From positions 1-47,900 of the forward strand of contig CAJTZB010000001.1 of NCBI GenBank assembly GCA_910583815.1: a stretch of DNA of 47,900 bases. Reading direction: 5' to 3'. This stretch comes from an uncultured Lachnospiraceae bacterium. Lineage in GTDB: Bacteria; Bacillota; Clostridia; Lachnospirales; Lachnospiraceae. Below, piece by piece: positions 34,759-44,101 of the stretch. The notes below the pieces were generated by a model, which was not told the origin of the DNA, searched no databases, and saw only the letters and a program-made list of their open reading frames with translations. Position 1 is the stretch's first letter. The number at the start of each line of letters is the position of its first letter. A program made the position numbers and the translations under genes.

Positions 34759-36378
34759 ATGAAAAAAAAGTGGATAGGAATTGCAATGGGAGGCCTTCTG
34801 ATGGTTTTAGCAGGATGTGCATCTGGAAACACACAAAAAGACGATGCTTCCCATAGCACGCCGGAACCTAGTATGACTGTGACAATGGGAGTGGATGGGC
34901 CGGAAGATGAAAAAGAGGCAGAGCAGCAGACTCCCACAGCTGAGTTAGGGAACGAAAGGGCATATAAGCAGATTACATGCCATGACCCTTCTATATTCAA
35001 AGATTTTGACGGAACATACTATATTATTGGATCATTTCTATGTGGAGGCAGTACAGACAACCTCTATGACTGGACAAATCTGGACGCTCAGATACAAGGC
35101 CTGTTTACCGAAGAGACCAAGGAGCAGATTAGGGCATGGAATAAAGACGAGAAGGCAGAAAACTGGAACAGTTATCTCTGGGCGCCGGACATCGTGTATA
35201 ATCCGCATATGGAGAAGTACTGCATATACCTTAGTGCAAATGGGGATGAGTGGGTATCCAATATTGTCCTGCTGACCGCTGACAACGTGATGGGACCATA
35301 TGAGTATGCGGGTTCTGTCGTATATGGAGGTTTTATGGCAGAGACTTACAGTGAAACCGATGTACCTCGTGTGCTTGGGGAAAGCGAAATTCCGGAACGT
35401 TATGTGACGAACGGCGTAGCCAACAGAAAGTGGGGAGACAAGTGGCCAAACTGCATTGATCCATGTACGTTCTTTGACGAAGAAGGCAGGCTCTGGATGA
35501 CCTACGGCTCTTGGTCAGGTGGGATTTTTATGCTTGAGCTGGACAAAGAAACAGGGCTGAGGGACTATTCTGTTACATACGAAACGAATGAGAGATCGGA
35601 TGCCTATTTTGGAAAAAAGATTGCAGGAGGCGTTTATGTATCAGGGGAAGCATCTTATATCCAGAAAATCGGAGACTATTACTATCTCTTTATTTCTTAT
35701 GGCAATTTAGAAGCGAAGGGCGGCTATAACGTCCGTATTTTCCGTTCAGAGCGTCCGGATGGGGATTATACAGATATGCTTGGGAATACTCCTTACTATA
35801 GCAGTTTTGTATATAATTATAACCAGTCCGTCGGCGTGCGTCTGATGGGCGGGTATCAATGGACTAACTTTGATGTAGGGCAGGTAGCACAAGGGCATAA
35901 TTCGGCTTTTGTCGATGATGACGGCAGAGCTTATATGGTATTTCATACCCGGACCACAAATGGTACAGAGGAACATTATGTGAAAGTGCATCAGCTGTTT
36001 GTTACCAAAGAGGGATGGCTTGTAGCGGCTCCATATCAGACAACAGGCGAAGCATTGAGCCCGGAAGGCCGCACTGTGGCGGAAGTTGCAGGAGATTATG
36101 AGATTATCTTGCATGAACTGAACATCGTGCATAGGAAGCTGGAAACAAAGCAGCCGCAGCATATTACGCTTAAAAAGGATGGGACAATTACCGGAGACTA
36201 TGAAGGAACATGGGAAATGGATCCGGGAACATCTTATGTCAGCCTGTTCTTTAATGGGCAGGAGTATAGCGGCGTCAGCCTGTCTATGGATATAGAGTAC
36301 ACAACAATAAAAACGGATGTGTTTACAGCAGTGGGACTTTCCAATCAGGTAACGCTGTGGGGAAGCAAGATAGAATAG
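34759..36378 (+). CDS. glycoside hydrolase family 43 lipoprotein (arabinanase/xylosidase-like) with C-terminal beta-sandwich domain
   Basis: Lipobox LMVLAGCASG. CHDPSIFKDFDGTYYIIGS, LWAPDIVYNP, WPNCIDPCTFFDEEGRLWMTYGSW, HNSAFVDDDGRAYMVFH. Confidence 0.8.
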   Translation: MKKKWIGIAMGGLLMVLAGCASGNTQKDDASHSTPEPSMTVTMGVDGPEDEKEAEQQTPTAELGNERAYKQITCHDPSIFKDFDGTYYIIGSFLCGGSTDNLYDWTNLDAQIQGLFTEETKEQIRAWNKDEKAENWNSYLWAPDIVYNPHMEKYCIYLSANGDEWVSNIVLLTADNVMGPYEYAGSVVYGGFMAETYSETDVPRVLGESEIPERYVTNGVANRKWGDKWPNCIDPCTFFDEEGRLWMTYGSWSGGIFMLELDKETGLRDYSVTYETNERSDAYFGKKIAGGVYVSGEASYIQKIGDYYYLFISYGNLEAKGGYNVRIFRSERPDGDYTDMLGNTPYYSSFVYNYNQSVGVRLMGGYQWTNFDVGQVAQGHNSAFVDDDGRAYMVFHTRTTNGTEEHYVKVHQLFVTKEGWLVAAPYQTTGEALSPEGRTVAEVAGDYEIILHELNIVHRKLETKQPQHITLKKDGTITGDYEGTWEMDPGTSYVSLFFNGQEYSGVSLSMDIEYTTIKTDVFTAVGLSNQVTLWGSKIE

Positions 36379-36511
36379 ATGGGACAGCGTCCTGTTCTGT
36401 TTTGGAATTGCTTGAATATCTTATGCTTTTAGTGTATACTCTTATTCTAAAGAAAATGTTGTTTCGTCTGAAAAGAGGATATGCCGCATCAGCGGCAGAA
36501 TGAGAGGAAGC

Positions 36512-37006
36512 ATGGAAAAAGGACAAGAAAAGAACCTGCGCATTGCGGCAGCTGTTCTGTTTATAATATACCTTCTTTTATTGTTCTATTTGCTATTTTT
36601 CAGTGAAGAATATGGCAGGACAATGGGAGAACAGAGCTATCGTTATAACTTGCATTTATTCAAAGAAATCAAGAGGTTTTGGAATCATCGCTATACGCTT
36701 GGCTGGAAGCCGGTATGCATCAACCTGTTAGGAAATATTGCGGCGTTTATGCCATTTGGTTTTTTTGTACCATTGCTTAAGAGAAAATATTGTGGGTTCA
36801 TCCGATGTACTGTTTATTCGGCGGCATTCAGCCTCTGTGTGGAAACGATTCAGCTTGTGTTCAAAGTAGGGGCATTTGATGTGGACGATATTGTACTCAA
36901 TACAATAGGAGGAATGGTAGGTTATCTGCTGTTCCGCTATGGATTTTTAAAGCTGATTGGACAGAAACGAAAAGGCGGGCCTTCCAAAGACCAGAAAAAG
37001 ACTTAG
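36512..37006 (+). CDS. VanZ-family membrane protein
   Basis: NLLGNIAAFMPFGFFVPLL...FDVDDIVLNTIGGMVGYLLF. ATG 36500 is an alternative start. Confidence 0.75.
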   Translation: MEKGQEKNLRIAAAVLFIIYLLLLFYLLFFSEEYGRTMGEQSYRYNLHLFKEIKRFWNHRYTLGWKPVCINLLGNIAAFMPFGFFVPLLKRKYCGFIRCTVYSAAFSLCVETIQLVFKVGAFDVDDIVLNTIGGMVGYLLFRYGFLKLIGQKRKGGPSKDQKKT

Positions 37007-37021
37007 GGACTGGGGGCAGTT

Positions 37022-37345
37022 ATGAAAAAAGAGAAAAATGCTCTCCATTTTCAGGGGAGGACGGCATCAAAACCCGGCATTGTATCAATTGTTGCCGGAG
37101 TGCTTGCTTGGCTTGTGTTTATAGCATTGGCGGTGTATTCTGCCTCGCTTTCGGGTGCTGCGGAAAGCATTGTCGGAGTTATTGGGATGTTTGATATGCT
37201 GTTTGCTTTAGTTGGCGTTTCTTTTGCAGCACATGGTTTTAAAGAGAGGGATGTATTCTATGGCCTGCCCATTGCAGGGCTTAGCCTGAATGCGGTTCTG
37301 TTTCTTGTTTATTTTGTGCTGTATCTGACCGGGATGGCAATTTAG
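37022..37345 (+). CDS. small integral membrane protein (three hydrophobic segments), function unknown
   Basis: ORF plus hydrophobicity pattern only. Confidence 0.5.
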   Translation: MKKEKNALHFQGRTASKPGIVSIVAGVLAWLVFIALAVYSASLSGAAESIVGVIGMFDMLFALVGVSFAAHGFKERDVFYGLPIAGLSLNAVLFLVYFVLYLTGMAI

Positions 37346-37369
37346 GTATCGGAAAAGGAGAAAAACCAT

Positions 37370-39454
37370 ATGTGGAAACTAAGTGAAGAAGAGCTATGTG
37401 CGGTTATGGAGCGTTATGAACTGAGCATAGAGAGGATAAAGGAAATTGCAGAGGAGCCATGTGTGCCGGAGCGTTACCAGAATTATTTTAAGCAGCAGGC
37501 AGAGTTTATTTTGACGGCAGCAGAACTGGCAGAACTTGTGCGGCAGGGGAGCTACCAAAAGCTTTCTGTGGCAGAGCTGAAGCAATGGAATGAGCGCCTG
37601 TATGTAAACCTTCTGCCGGAAAACTATGAGAATTCTTATGAGAATCCTGCGTTTGCAGCGAAATGTTTTGGTATTCGTGAGGGCCGTTTGTTTACTTACC
37701 TTGCAGCAAGGATGTATGAGCTGATTTTTGATGCGGCAGAGCAAAGAGATTACCTGATGACAATTTTAATGGAGCTGTTTATCGAGGTATACTGCAGGTA
37801 TGAGGCGTATGATGAATTTGCATATAAAGATGCAAGAGCAGCAATTAAGAGCTTTGAAACGGACAACCATAAATTATATATGACGGTTGCGATTACAGAA
37901 GGTTACGACAGTTCATATACGTTTGCCAAAGATATTATCACCACATCGCTGCAGATGGCAGGAGAACCTGCGTATCTTTATTGGTATGGGGAGTATATTA
38001 CAGACAATGAGTTAAAGATTGCAGAATATTTGGGAAAAATGCCGGAGCAGGAAGTTCGTGCTATGGCAGACACTTATGTATCCGGTTACTTGCGTGGATT
38101 TGAGACAATGGGTGTTGCTAGAAAAGAACATGGGCAGATTACCCTGCGGTATCCTATCGGTTTTGAGCGGATGATGGCATACGCGGTAGAGAGCTTTGAA
38201 GCACAGGGCCTTCGGGTTACGGCAAAGAGGGTGCCGCTGCGCGCAAGGGTCGGCAGAAAGTCAGGCTATGCGGCAACAACACTCAATCCGCAGTTTGAAT
38301 ATGACCACAGGCAGGATGCGGCGCTTTATTATGACAAGCTTTGCAGCAGCCGTGCTCTGGAAGATATGAAAAATGTGTATGAAGAACAGAAGGAAGTATT
38401 TCAGGCGTACATAGGGCCGGCGCTTGTAGAGACATTTGGGGAGCCGGACTTTGTGCCGGTCAATAAAAAAGAGGCGCTGCATTTTGATAAACGCCAGACG
38501 AAGCTGAATCTGGAAGAAAAATCAAAAGTAAATGAAGTTGCATACAGCTATATTAAAATGGATGAGACTTCTTTTACAATTATTGCTTATCCGATGCCGT
38601 CCATCGGTGCGCAGTTCCATGAAATTTTTGCCGAAACCGTGCGCTGCAACAATTTGGACAATGAGGAATACCAGCGCATCCAGCAGGCCATCATTGATGA
38701 ACTGGATACCGGCTATGCCTGCCATATCAAAGGCATGAATGGCAACGAAACAGATTTGGCCGTCATGCTGTATGAGCTTTCTGATCCGAAAAAAGAAACG
38801 ATTTTTGAAAACTGCACTGCGGACGTGAATATCCCGGTCGGAGAAGTATTTACTTCTCCGAAACTGGCAGGGACAAATGGTCTGCTCCATGTTTCCAAGG
38901 TATTCTTAAATGGTTATGAATACCGGCAGTTAAAGCTCTGGTTTGAGAATGGGCGTACGACAAAACTTTCATGTGAGAATTTTGGGACGGAGGCAGAAAA
39001 TCAGGCGTTTTTAGAAGAGACTCTGTTAAAACACCACGCATTCCTTCCGCTTGGGGAATTTGCAATCGGTACCAATACGACAGCTTTTGCTATGGGCGAA
39101 AAGTATGACATTGCCTCTAAACTTCCGATTTTGATTGCTGAGAAAACAGGACCTCATTTTGCAATCGGGGATACTTGCTATAAACGAAGCGAAGATCACA
39201 AAGTCTATAACCGTAACGGCAAGGAAATCGTGGCAAGAGATAATGAAATTACACTGATGCGCAGGACAGATCCGTCTCAGGCGTATTTTAACTGCCATAC
39301 AGACATTACGATCCCATATGGTGAAATCGGTGAGATCGCATCTTTAAAAAAGGATGGGACAAAGACGGCAGTCTTAAAGAACGGAAGATTTGTGCTGCCG
39401 GGCACAGAGAGCTTAAATGTACCGTTAGATGAATGCAGAAAGGAGCATGAGTAA
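37370..39454 (+). CDS. M29-like aminopeptidase (aminopeptidase T/S family) with long N-terminal extension
   Basis: The C-terminal half carries NIPVGEVFTSP, LGEFAIGTN and EKTGPHFAIGD, typical of peptidase M29. AAGGAG RBS. Confidence 0.65.
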   Translation: MWKLSEEELCAVMERYELSIERIKEIAEEPCVPERYQNYFKQQAEFILTAAELAELVRQGSYQKLSVAELKQWNERLYVNLLPENYENSYENPAFAAKCFGIREGRLFTYLAARMYELIFDAAEQRDYLMTILMELFIEVYCRYEAYDEFAYKDARAAIKSFETDNHKLYMTVAITEGYDSSYTFAKDIITTSLQMAGEPAYLYWYGEYITDNELKIAEYLGKMPEQEVRAMADTYVSGYLRGFETMGVARKEHGQITLRYPIGFERMMAYAVESFEAQGLRVTAKRVPLRARVGRKSGYAATTLNPQFEYDHRQDAALYYDKLCSSRALEDMKNVYEEQKEVFQAYIGPALVETFGEPDFVPVNKKEALHFDKRQTKLNLEEKSKVNEVAYSYIKMDETSFTIIAYPMPSIGAQFHEIFAETVRCNNLDNEEYQRIQQAIIDELDTGYACHIKGMNGNETDLAVMLYELSDPKKETIFENCTADVNIPVGEVFTSPKLAGTNGLLHVSKVFLNGYEYRQLKLWFENGRTTKLSCENFGTEAENQAFLEETLLKHHAFLPLGEFAIGTNTTAFAMGEKYDIASKLPILIAEKTGPHFAIGDTCYKRSEDHKVYNRNGKEIVARDNEITLMRRTDPSQAYFNCHTDITIPYGEIGEIASLKKDGTKTAVLKNGRFVLPGTESLNVPLDECRKEHE

Positions 39455-39986
39455 AGTGGGACAGTACGGAAAAGTAGGAATTGTAATGGGAAGTGATTCG
39501 GACCTTCCTGTTATGAGCAAAGCAGCAGAGATACTGAAGCAGTTTGATATTGAATATGAGGTGACGGTTATTTCCGCTCACCGTATGCCGGATGTGTTTT
39601 ATGACTATGCAAAGACTGCAAAAGAGAAAGGCTTCCGGGTAATTATTGCAGGTGCCGGCGGCGCGGCGCATCTGCCTGGTATGTGTGCGGCGATTTTTCC
39701 GCTTCCGGTTATTGGGGTGCCAATTCATACAAAGGCACTTGGCGGCGTGGATTCTTTATATTCCATTGTCCAGATGCCAAGCGGGATTCCGGTTGCTACT
39801 GTAGCAATTGACGGAGCACAGAATGCAGGTATCCTTGCGGCAAAAATCCTTGCAGTGTCGAATCCGGAACTGCTTGCAAAAATAGAAACATATGCGGAAA
39901 GCCTGAAAAATGGGGTTTTGGCAAAAAAAGAGAAAATAGAGAAAATAGGATACCAAGAGTACATGGAACAGGCTTCTAAAAAATAA
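39447..39986 (+). CDS. purE: 5-(carboxyamino)imidazole ribonucleotide mutase
   Basis: KVGIVMGSDSDLPVM...VISAHRMPD...IIAGAGGAAHLPGM...PVIGVP. Overlaps the upstream stop by 8 nt. Confidence 0.9.
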   Translation: MSKVGQYGKVGIVMGSDSDLPVMSKAAEILKQFDIEYEVTVISAHRMPDVFYDYAKTAKEKGFRVIIAGAGGAAHLPGMCAAIFPLPVIGVPIHTKALGGVDSLYSIVQMPSGIPVATVAIDGAQNAGILAAKILAVSNPELLAKIETYAESLKNGVLAKKEKIEKIGYQEYMEQASKK

Positions 39987-40031
39987 GCCTTGTACTGTTG
40001 TTTTGCAAGACCGCAGATTTTTAGAGGTTTC

Positions 40032-40050
40032 CATCTGTACACCGACGCTA
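40032..40050 (+). repeat. GC-rich palindromic-unit family, copy a (CATCTGTACACCGACGCTA)
   Basis: Identical 19-mer at 47786-47804. Reverse-complement copies at 43908, 45791 and 46230. Confidence 0.8.
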
Positions 40051-40069
40051 CATTAAAACAAATAAATAG

Positions 40070-40098
40070 TTGACACGGATGGAAAAGTATGCTATGAT
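40070..40098 (+). promoter_or_regulatory. sigma-A promoter of the infC-rpmI-rplT operon
   Basis: TTGACA (40070-40075), 17 nt, TATGAT (40093-40098). Confidence 0.65.
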
Positions 40099-40104
40099 AT
40101 TCAA

Positions 40105-40266
40105 GTATGTGAGCAGTAGCTCAAGCAGAAAGCAGAGTATCCACTCTCACCCTTAGCGCTTTTAGCTGTGAATGGGTCTTCATTTTTTGGTTCTGTACCG
40201 GTGTAAGTTCGGTGCGGCTTAGATGAATCGACAGGATAGTCTGACTTTCTCAGACTATCCTTTTTT
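40105..40266 (+). promoter_or_regulatory. L20-type ribosomal-protein leader with intrinsic terminator (attenuator)
   Basis: ~160-nt structured leader between the promoter and infC. It ends in GGATAGTCTGA/TCAGACTATCC (40234-40260) plus T6. The position matches the Firmicute L20 leader, but I did not verify the consensus itself. Confidence 0.55.
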
Positions 40267-40286
40267 ATTTTCCTTAGAGGAAGCTG

Positions 40287-40356
40287 CGCCGCAAGGCGTG
40301 TGTATTCCAAAATCCGCTTCGCGGATTTGCAATTGTCACAAAGTGACAGTTTTTAT
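40287..40356 (+). repeat. 70-bp three-hairpin intergenic repeat, copy 2
   Basis: CGCC-GCAA-GGCG; AAATCCGC-TTC-GCGGATTT; AATTGTCAC-AAA-GTGACAGTT. Matches the reverse complement of 2262-2331. Confidence 0.75.
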
Positions 40357-40383
40357 GATTCAAATCAATGGAGGTGCAGAACC

Positions 40384-40890
40384 ATTAGCGAGTTAATGAT
40401 TAACGAACAAATCAGAGACAAAGAAGTACGTCTGATTGGAGAAGAAGGCGAACAGTTAGGGATTATGCCTGCAAGGGATGCCTTAAGGCTGGCAAAGGAA
40501 GCAGGCTTGGACCTTGTAAAGATCGCTCCGACCGCAAAGCCACCGGTCTGTAAAATCGTAGATTACGGCAAGTTCCGCTACGAGATGGCTAGAAAAGAAA
40601 AGGATGCCAAGAAAAAGCAGAAGGTGACCGAGGTTAAAGAAATTCGTTTATCACCGAATATTGACGAGAATGATTTAAATACGAAGGCAAATCAGGCGAG
40701 AAAATTTATAACCAAGGGAGATAAGGTTAAGGTTGCGCTTCGCTTCCGTGGCAGGGAAATGGCACATATGGCAACCGGAAAGCAGATTCTGGACAGTTTT
40801 TTTGAAAAGCTTTCTGATATTGCTGTTGTGGAGAAGCCTGCAAAAATGGAAGGAAGAAGCATGATTATGTTTCTTAGCGAAAAGCGTTAA
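40384..40890 (+). CDS. infC: translation initiation factor IF-3, predicted non-canonical ATT start
   Basis: INEQIRDKEVRLIGEEGEQLGIM...LDLVKIAPTAKPPVCKIVDYGKFRYE. GGAGG 40370-40374 lies 9 nt before in-frame ATT 40384. The first ATG (40396) is 21 nt from the SD. Confidence 0.85.
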   Translation: MSELMINEQIRDKEVRLIGEEGEQLGIMPARDALRLAKEAGLDLVKIAPTAKPPVCKIVDYGKFRYEMARKEKDAKKKQKVTEVKEIRLSPNIDENDLNTKANQARKFITKGDKVKVALRFRGREMAHMATGKQILDSFFEKLSDIAVVEKPAKMEGRSMIMFLSEKR

Positions 40891-40972
40891 GCAAAAACAA
40901 TAGAATCCATACTTTGCGAGGATTCTATTGTTATAAAGTAAGGGTGACCAGTATATTAAGGAGGAATGAAAC

Positions 40973-41170
40973 ATGCCTAAGTTAAAGACAAGCAAAGCAG
41001 CAGCAAAGCGTTTTAAAAAGACAGGGACAGGAAAGCTGAAGAGAATGAAAGCCGGCAAGCAGCACATTCTGACCAAGAAGTCCACAAAGACAAAGAGAAA
41101 TTTAAGAAAAGCAACCATTATGGACAAGACAAACGAAAAGAATATGAAGAAGATTTTACCATATCTGTAG
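40973..41170 (+). CDS. rpmI: 50S ribosomal protein L35
   Basis: [24 protein letters not shown]... Confidence 0.95.
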   Translation: MPKLKTSKAAAKRFKKTGTGKLKRMKAGKQHILTKKSTKTKRNLRKATIMDKTNEKNMKKILPYL

Positions 41171-41197
41171 GATCTGGTGTAAGGAGGGAAATAGACA

Positions 41198-41554
41198 ATG
41201 GCAAGAGTAAAAGGCGGCATGAACGCTAAGAAAAGACATAAAAAAGTATTAAAGCTGGCAAAGGGTTACAGAGGTGCCAGAAGCAAACAGTACAGAGTTG
41301 CAAAGCAGTCCGTAATGAGAGCATTGACTTCCTCTTATGCTGGAAGAAAGCAGAAGAAGAGAGAGTTCAGAAGGCTTTGGATCGCAAGAATCAATGCAGC
41401 AGCAAGAATGAATGGTCTGTCCTACAGCAAGTTTATGTATGGCTTGAAGTTAGCTGATGTTCAGGTCAACAGAAAGATGTTAGCTGAGATGGCAGTTAAT
41501 GATGCAGCTGCTTTCACAGCGCTTGCAGAGATTGCAAAGGCTAAGCTTGCTTAA
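41198..41554 (+). CDS. rplT: 50S ribosomal protein L20
   Basis: [37 protein letters not shown]... Confidence 0.95.
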   Translation: MARVKGGMNAKKRHKKVLKLAKGYRGARSKQYRVAKQSVMRALTSSYAGRKQKKREFRRLWIARINAAARMNGLSYSKFMYGLKLADVQVNRKMLAEMAVNDAAAFTALAEIAKAKLA

Positions 41555-41593
41555 AAAATCAGAATATTATTATCTGCCATCAGGCAGAGATGC

Positions 41594-41649
41594 AAAAGCA
41601 CTCATTGCACATTGTCAGGTTTTAGAAGATGTGCATATGGGTGCTTTTT
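41594..41649 (+). terminator. terminator candidate after rplT
   Basis: AAAAGCAC/GTGCTTTT outer stem and TGCACAT/ATGTGCA inner stem, with a T5 run. Confidence 0.5.
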
Positions 41650-41807
41650 GAATTTGCAGAAAAGTCAAATCCGCAGAGCAGTTCTGCAATTTTAATAATT
41701 ATTTTATAAAAGCCTCCCTTCCATTTCCAAACGGAATATGTTATGATACTGTATAAAGTAGTATTGAAAACTATGTAATACAGAAGCAATAGAGAGGTAA
41801 GGTCGTA

Positions 41808-42701
41808 ATGAAGTTTCAGGTTATCAGTGATGGTTCCTGTGATCTGCCACAGGAACTGACAAAGGAAAAGAACATACATGTTGTTCCGTTTTATGTATCT
41901 TTTGATGCAGCCAAGTACTATAAAGAGATGGAAGAGATGCCAGTCCGTAAGTTTTATGAGCAGATGGTGGACAATCCTAAAATATTTCCGAAGTCCTCGC
42001 TTCCGTCAGTGGAAGATTATGTTGAGGCATTTCGCCCTTATGCAAAAAAGGGGATTCCGATGTTATGCATCTGCATTACCGTGAAGTTCAGCGGCTCTTA
42101 TAATTCTGCCTGCACTGCGAAAGAACTGATTTCAGAGGAATATCCGTCTGCGCAGATTGAAGTGATGGATTCCACAATGGACACGGTTTTGCAAGGTATC
42201 TTTGTATTGGAAGCAGTCCGTATGTGTGAGGCCGGATATTCGTTAGAAGAAGCAGTGAAATGCCTGAAAGAGCGCAGAGAAAGCGGGCGTATTTTGTTTA
42301 CCATTGGCAGCATAGACTACCTGCAGCATGGCGGCAGAATCGGAAAGCTTGCTGGCTTGGCAGGAAGCGTACTTGGCATAAAACCATTAATCGTTTTAAA
42401 AGAAGGAGAAATTTTCTCGACTGGGCTGACAAGAAGCAGAGAAAAAGGAAAGGCAAAGCTGATTGCACAGACAAAGGCTCATTTTGAAGAGATAGGTGAG
42501 AGGCCGGAAGATTATTCCATTGCAGTCGGTTATGGATATGACTATGAGGAGGCAACAGAGTTCCGAAATGCATTGTTTGCCTCAATGCGCGAATATGCCG
42601 ACATCAAAGAAATCCCGATTTTTCAAATCGGAGCAACAATTGCAGTGCATACCGGGCCATATCCAATCGGGCTTGGACTTGTAAAAAGGTATGACAGGTA
42701 A
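41808..42701 (+). CDS. DegV-family fatty-acid-binding protein
   Basis: KFQVISDGSCDLPQEL...VPFYVSF...PKSSLPSVEDY...GGRIGK... Confidence 0.85.
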   Translation: MKFQVISDGSCDLPQELTKEKNIHVVPFYVSFDAAKYYKEMEEMPVRKFYEQMVDNPKIFPKSSLPSVEDYVEAFRPYAKKGIPMLCICITVKFSGSYNSACTAKELISEEYPSAQIEVMDSTMDTVLQGIFVLEAVRMCEAGYSLEEAVKCLKERRESGRILFTIGSIDYLQHGGRIGKLAGLAGSVLGIKPLIVLKEGEIFSTGLTRSREKGKAKLIAQTKAHFEEIGERPEDYSIAVGYGYDYEEATEFRNALFASMREYADIKEIPIFQIGATIAVHTGPYPIGLGLVKRYDR

Positions 42702-42822
42702 AATAAATGCCTGAAATATGATTAATAAAATATTGATTATGCACTTGAATTTATGCATAATAATAACTAGCTTCGTACAGATGGCAACACGTTTGACGCT
42801 AATGATTATTAAGGAGAAAAAT

Positions 42823-43809
42823 ATGTTTCTTGCGAACGATAAGCGATATGAAAAAATGATTTACAGGCATTGTGGAAAGAGCGGCCTGAAATTGCCTGTG
42901 GTTTCTCTTGGGCTGTGGCAAAACTTTGGACACAAAGGCTGTTTTGCCAATATGGAAGCGATGATCCATACAGCGTTTGATTTGGGGATTACGCATTTTG
43001 ATCTTGCCAATAATTATGGCAATCCATATAACGGCAGTGCAGAGGAAAATTTCGGAAGGATTCTTTCAGGGATGCGGCAGTACCGCGATGAACTTTGCAT
43101 TTCTACGAAGGCTGGCTACGAGATGTGGCAGGGACCATATGGAGACAGAAACGGTTCCAGAAAATATCTGCTTGCCTCCCTTGACCAGAGCCTGAAGCGG
43201 ATGGGGCTTGACTATGTTGATATTTTTTATCACCATGTATTTGATCCAAATACGCCTTTAGAAGAGACGGCGCTTGCCCTTGACCATGCAGTAAGGCAAG
43301 GGAAGGCTCTTTATGTCGGTATTTCTAACTATAATAAAGCACAGACCGAAGAAATCAAGAAGATATTTGAGGAGCTTCATACACCGTTTATCGTGAATCA
43401 GCCATCATATTCCATGTTAAACCGCTGGATAGAGCGTGATGGATTGGACAAATCCGTGCAGAAAAACGGAATAGGGCTTGCTGTATTTTCACCGCTTTAT
43501 CAGGGATTTTTGACGGATAAATACCTTGGCGGTATTCCACAGGACTCCAGAGTAGGCAAAGGTGAGACGTGGATTGGCAGGGAACTGGATGATACCATGC
43601 TTTCCAGACTACATAAACTCAATGAGATTGCGCAGCGGCGCGGGCAGAGGCTGTCACAGATGGCACTCTCCTGGGTGCTTCATAATGAGGCAGTTACTAC
43701 GGTGCTGATTGGTGCAAGCCGTCCGGAGCAGATTGTAGAAAATGCAGCCTGCATAGAAAAACTTGAGTTTACCAAAGAAGAGATTGCAGAAATTGAAACA
43801 TATCTTTGA
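42823..43809 (+). CDS. aldo/keto reductase (YghZ/Tas-like)
   Basis: YRHCGKSGLKLPVVSLGLWQNFG...FDLANNYG...YVDIFYHH...GISNY...LIGASRPEQIVEN. AAGGAG precedes ATG 42823. Confidence 0.85.
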   Translation: MFLANDKRYEKMIYRHCGKSGLKLPVVSLGLWQNFGHKGCFANMEAMIHTAFDLGITHFDLANNYGNPYNGSAEENFGRILSGMRQYRDELCISTKAGYEMWQGPYGDRNGSRKYLLASLDQSLKRMGLDYVDIFYHHVFDPNTPLEETALALDHAVRQGKALYVGISNYNKAQTEEIKKIFEELHTPFIVNQPSYSMLNRWIERDGLDKSVQKNGIGLAVFSPLYQGFLTDKYLGGIPQDSRVGKGETWIGRELDDTMLSRLHKLNEIAQRRGQRLSQMALSWVLHNEAVTTVLIGASRPEQIVENAACIEKLEFTKEEIAEIETYL

Positions 43810-43850
43810 TTCTTTTTGCTGATACCAACGTATCGTTGTTCAGTGCGGAT

Positions 43851-43904
43851 AAGGCTGTTGCGCATCCTGTTTTTTATGGGAAATCGCAGCAGCCTTTCTT
43901 TTTT
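43851..43904 (+). terminator. rho-independent terminator, itself bracketed by inverted palindromic-unit arms (43821-43834 / 43908-43923)
   Basis: AAGGCTGTTGCG (43851-43862) pairs with CGCAGCAGCCTT (43885-43896), then TCTTTTTT. Confidence 0.6.
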
Positions 43905-43907
43905 GAA

Positions 43908-43927
43908 GATAGCGTTGGTGTACAGAT
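43908..43927 (-). repeat. palindromic-unit family, copy e (GATAGCGTTGGTGTACAGAT)
   Basis: One mismatch over the 18 nt that align to the reverse complement of the 19-mer at 40032. Confidence 0.7.
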
Positions 43928-44101
43928 CTCAATATGCCTCAGTCCATGTGAATTCTAAGCTTTCTAATCATCTTTTAATTTGCATATCGGCGGTATCAAT
44001 TGTAAGATAGTATTAAGAAATTCACAAAGGAATTTTATGCAGCAGTCTGGCAGAAGCATATCCGAAAGGCTGCTGCAAAACTTAAATGGGAGGAAATGAG
44101 A

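Noticed and set aside
40300-40383. 28-codon extension of infC starting at GTG 40300
   Set aside because: It lies inside the three-hairpin repeat, has no SD, and has no similarity to IF-3 N-termini.
41650-41690. AAATCCGCAG... segment resembling one arm of hairpin 2 of the three-hairpin repeat
   Set aside because: Only about 10 nt are shared, the other stems are absent, and the local inverted repeat (TTGCAGAA/TTCTGCAA) is unrelated.
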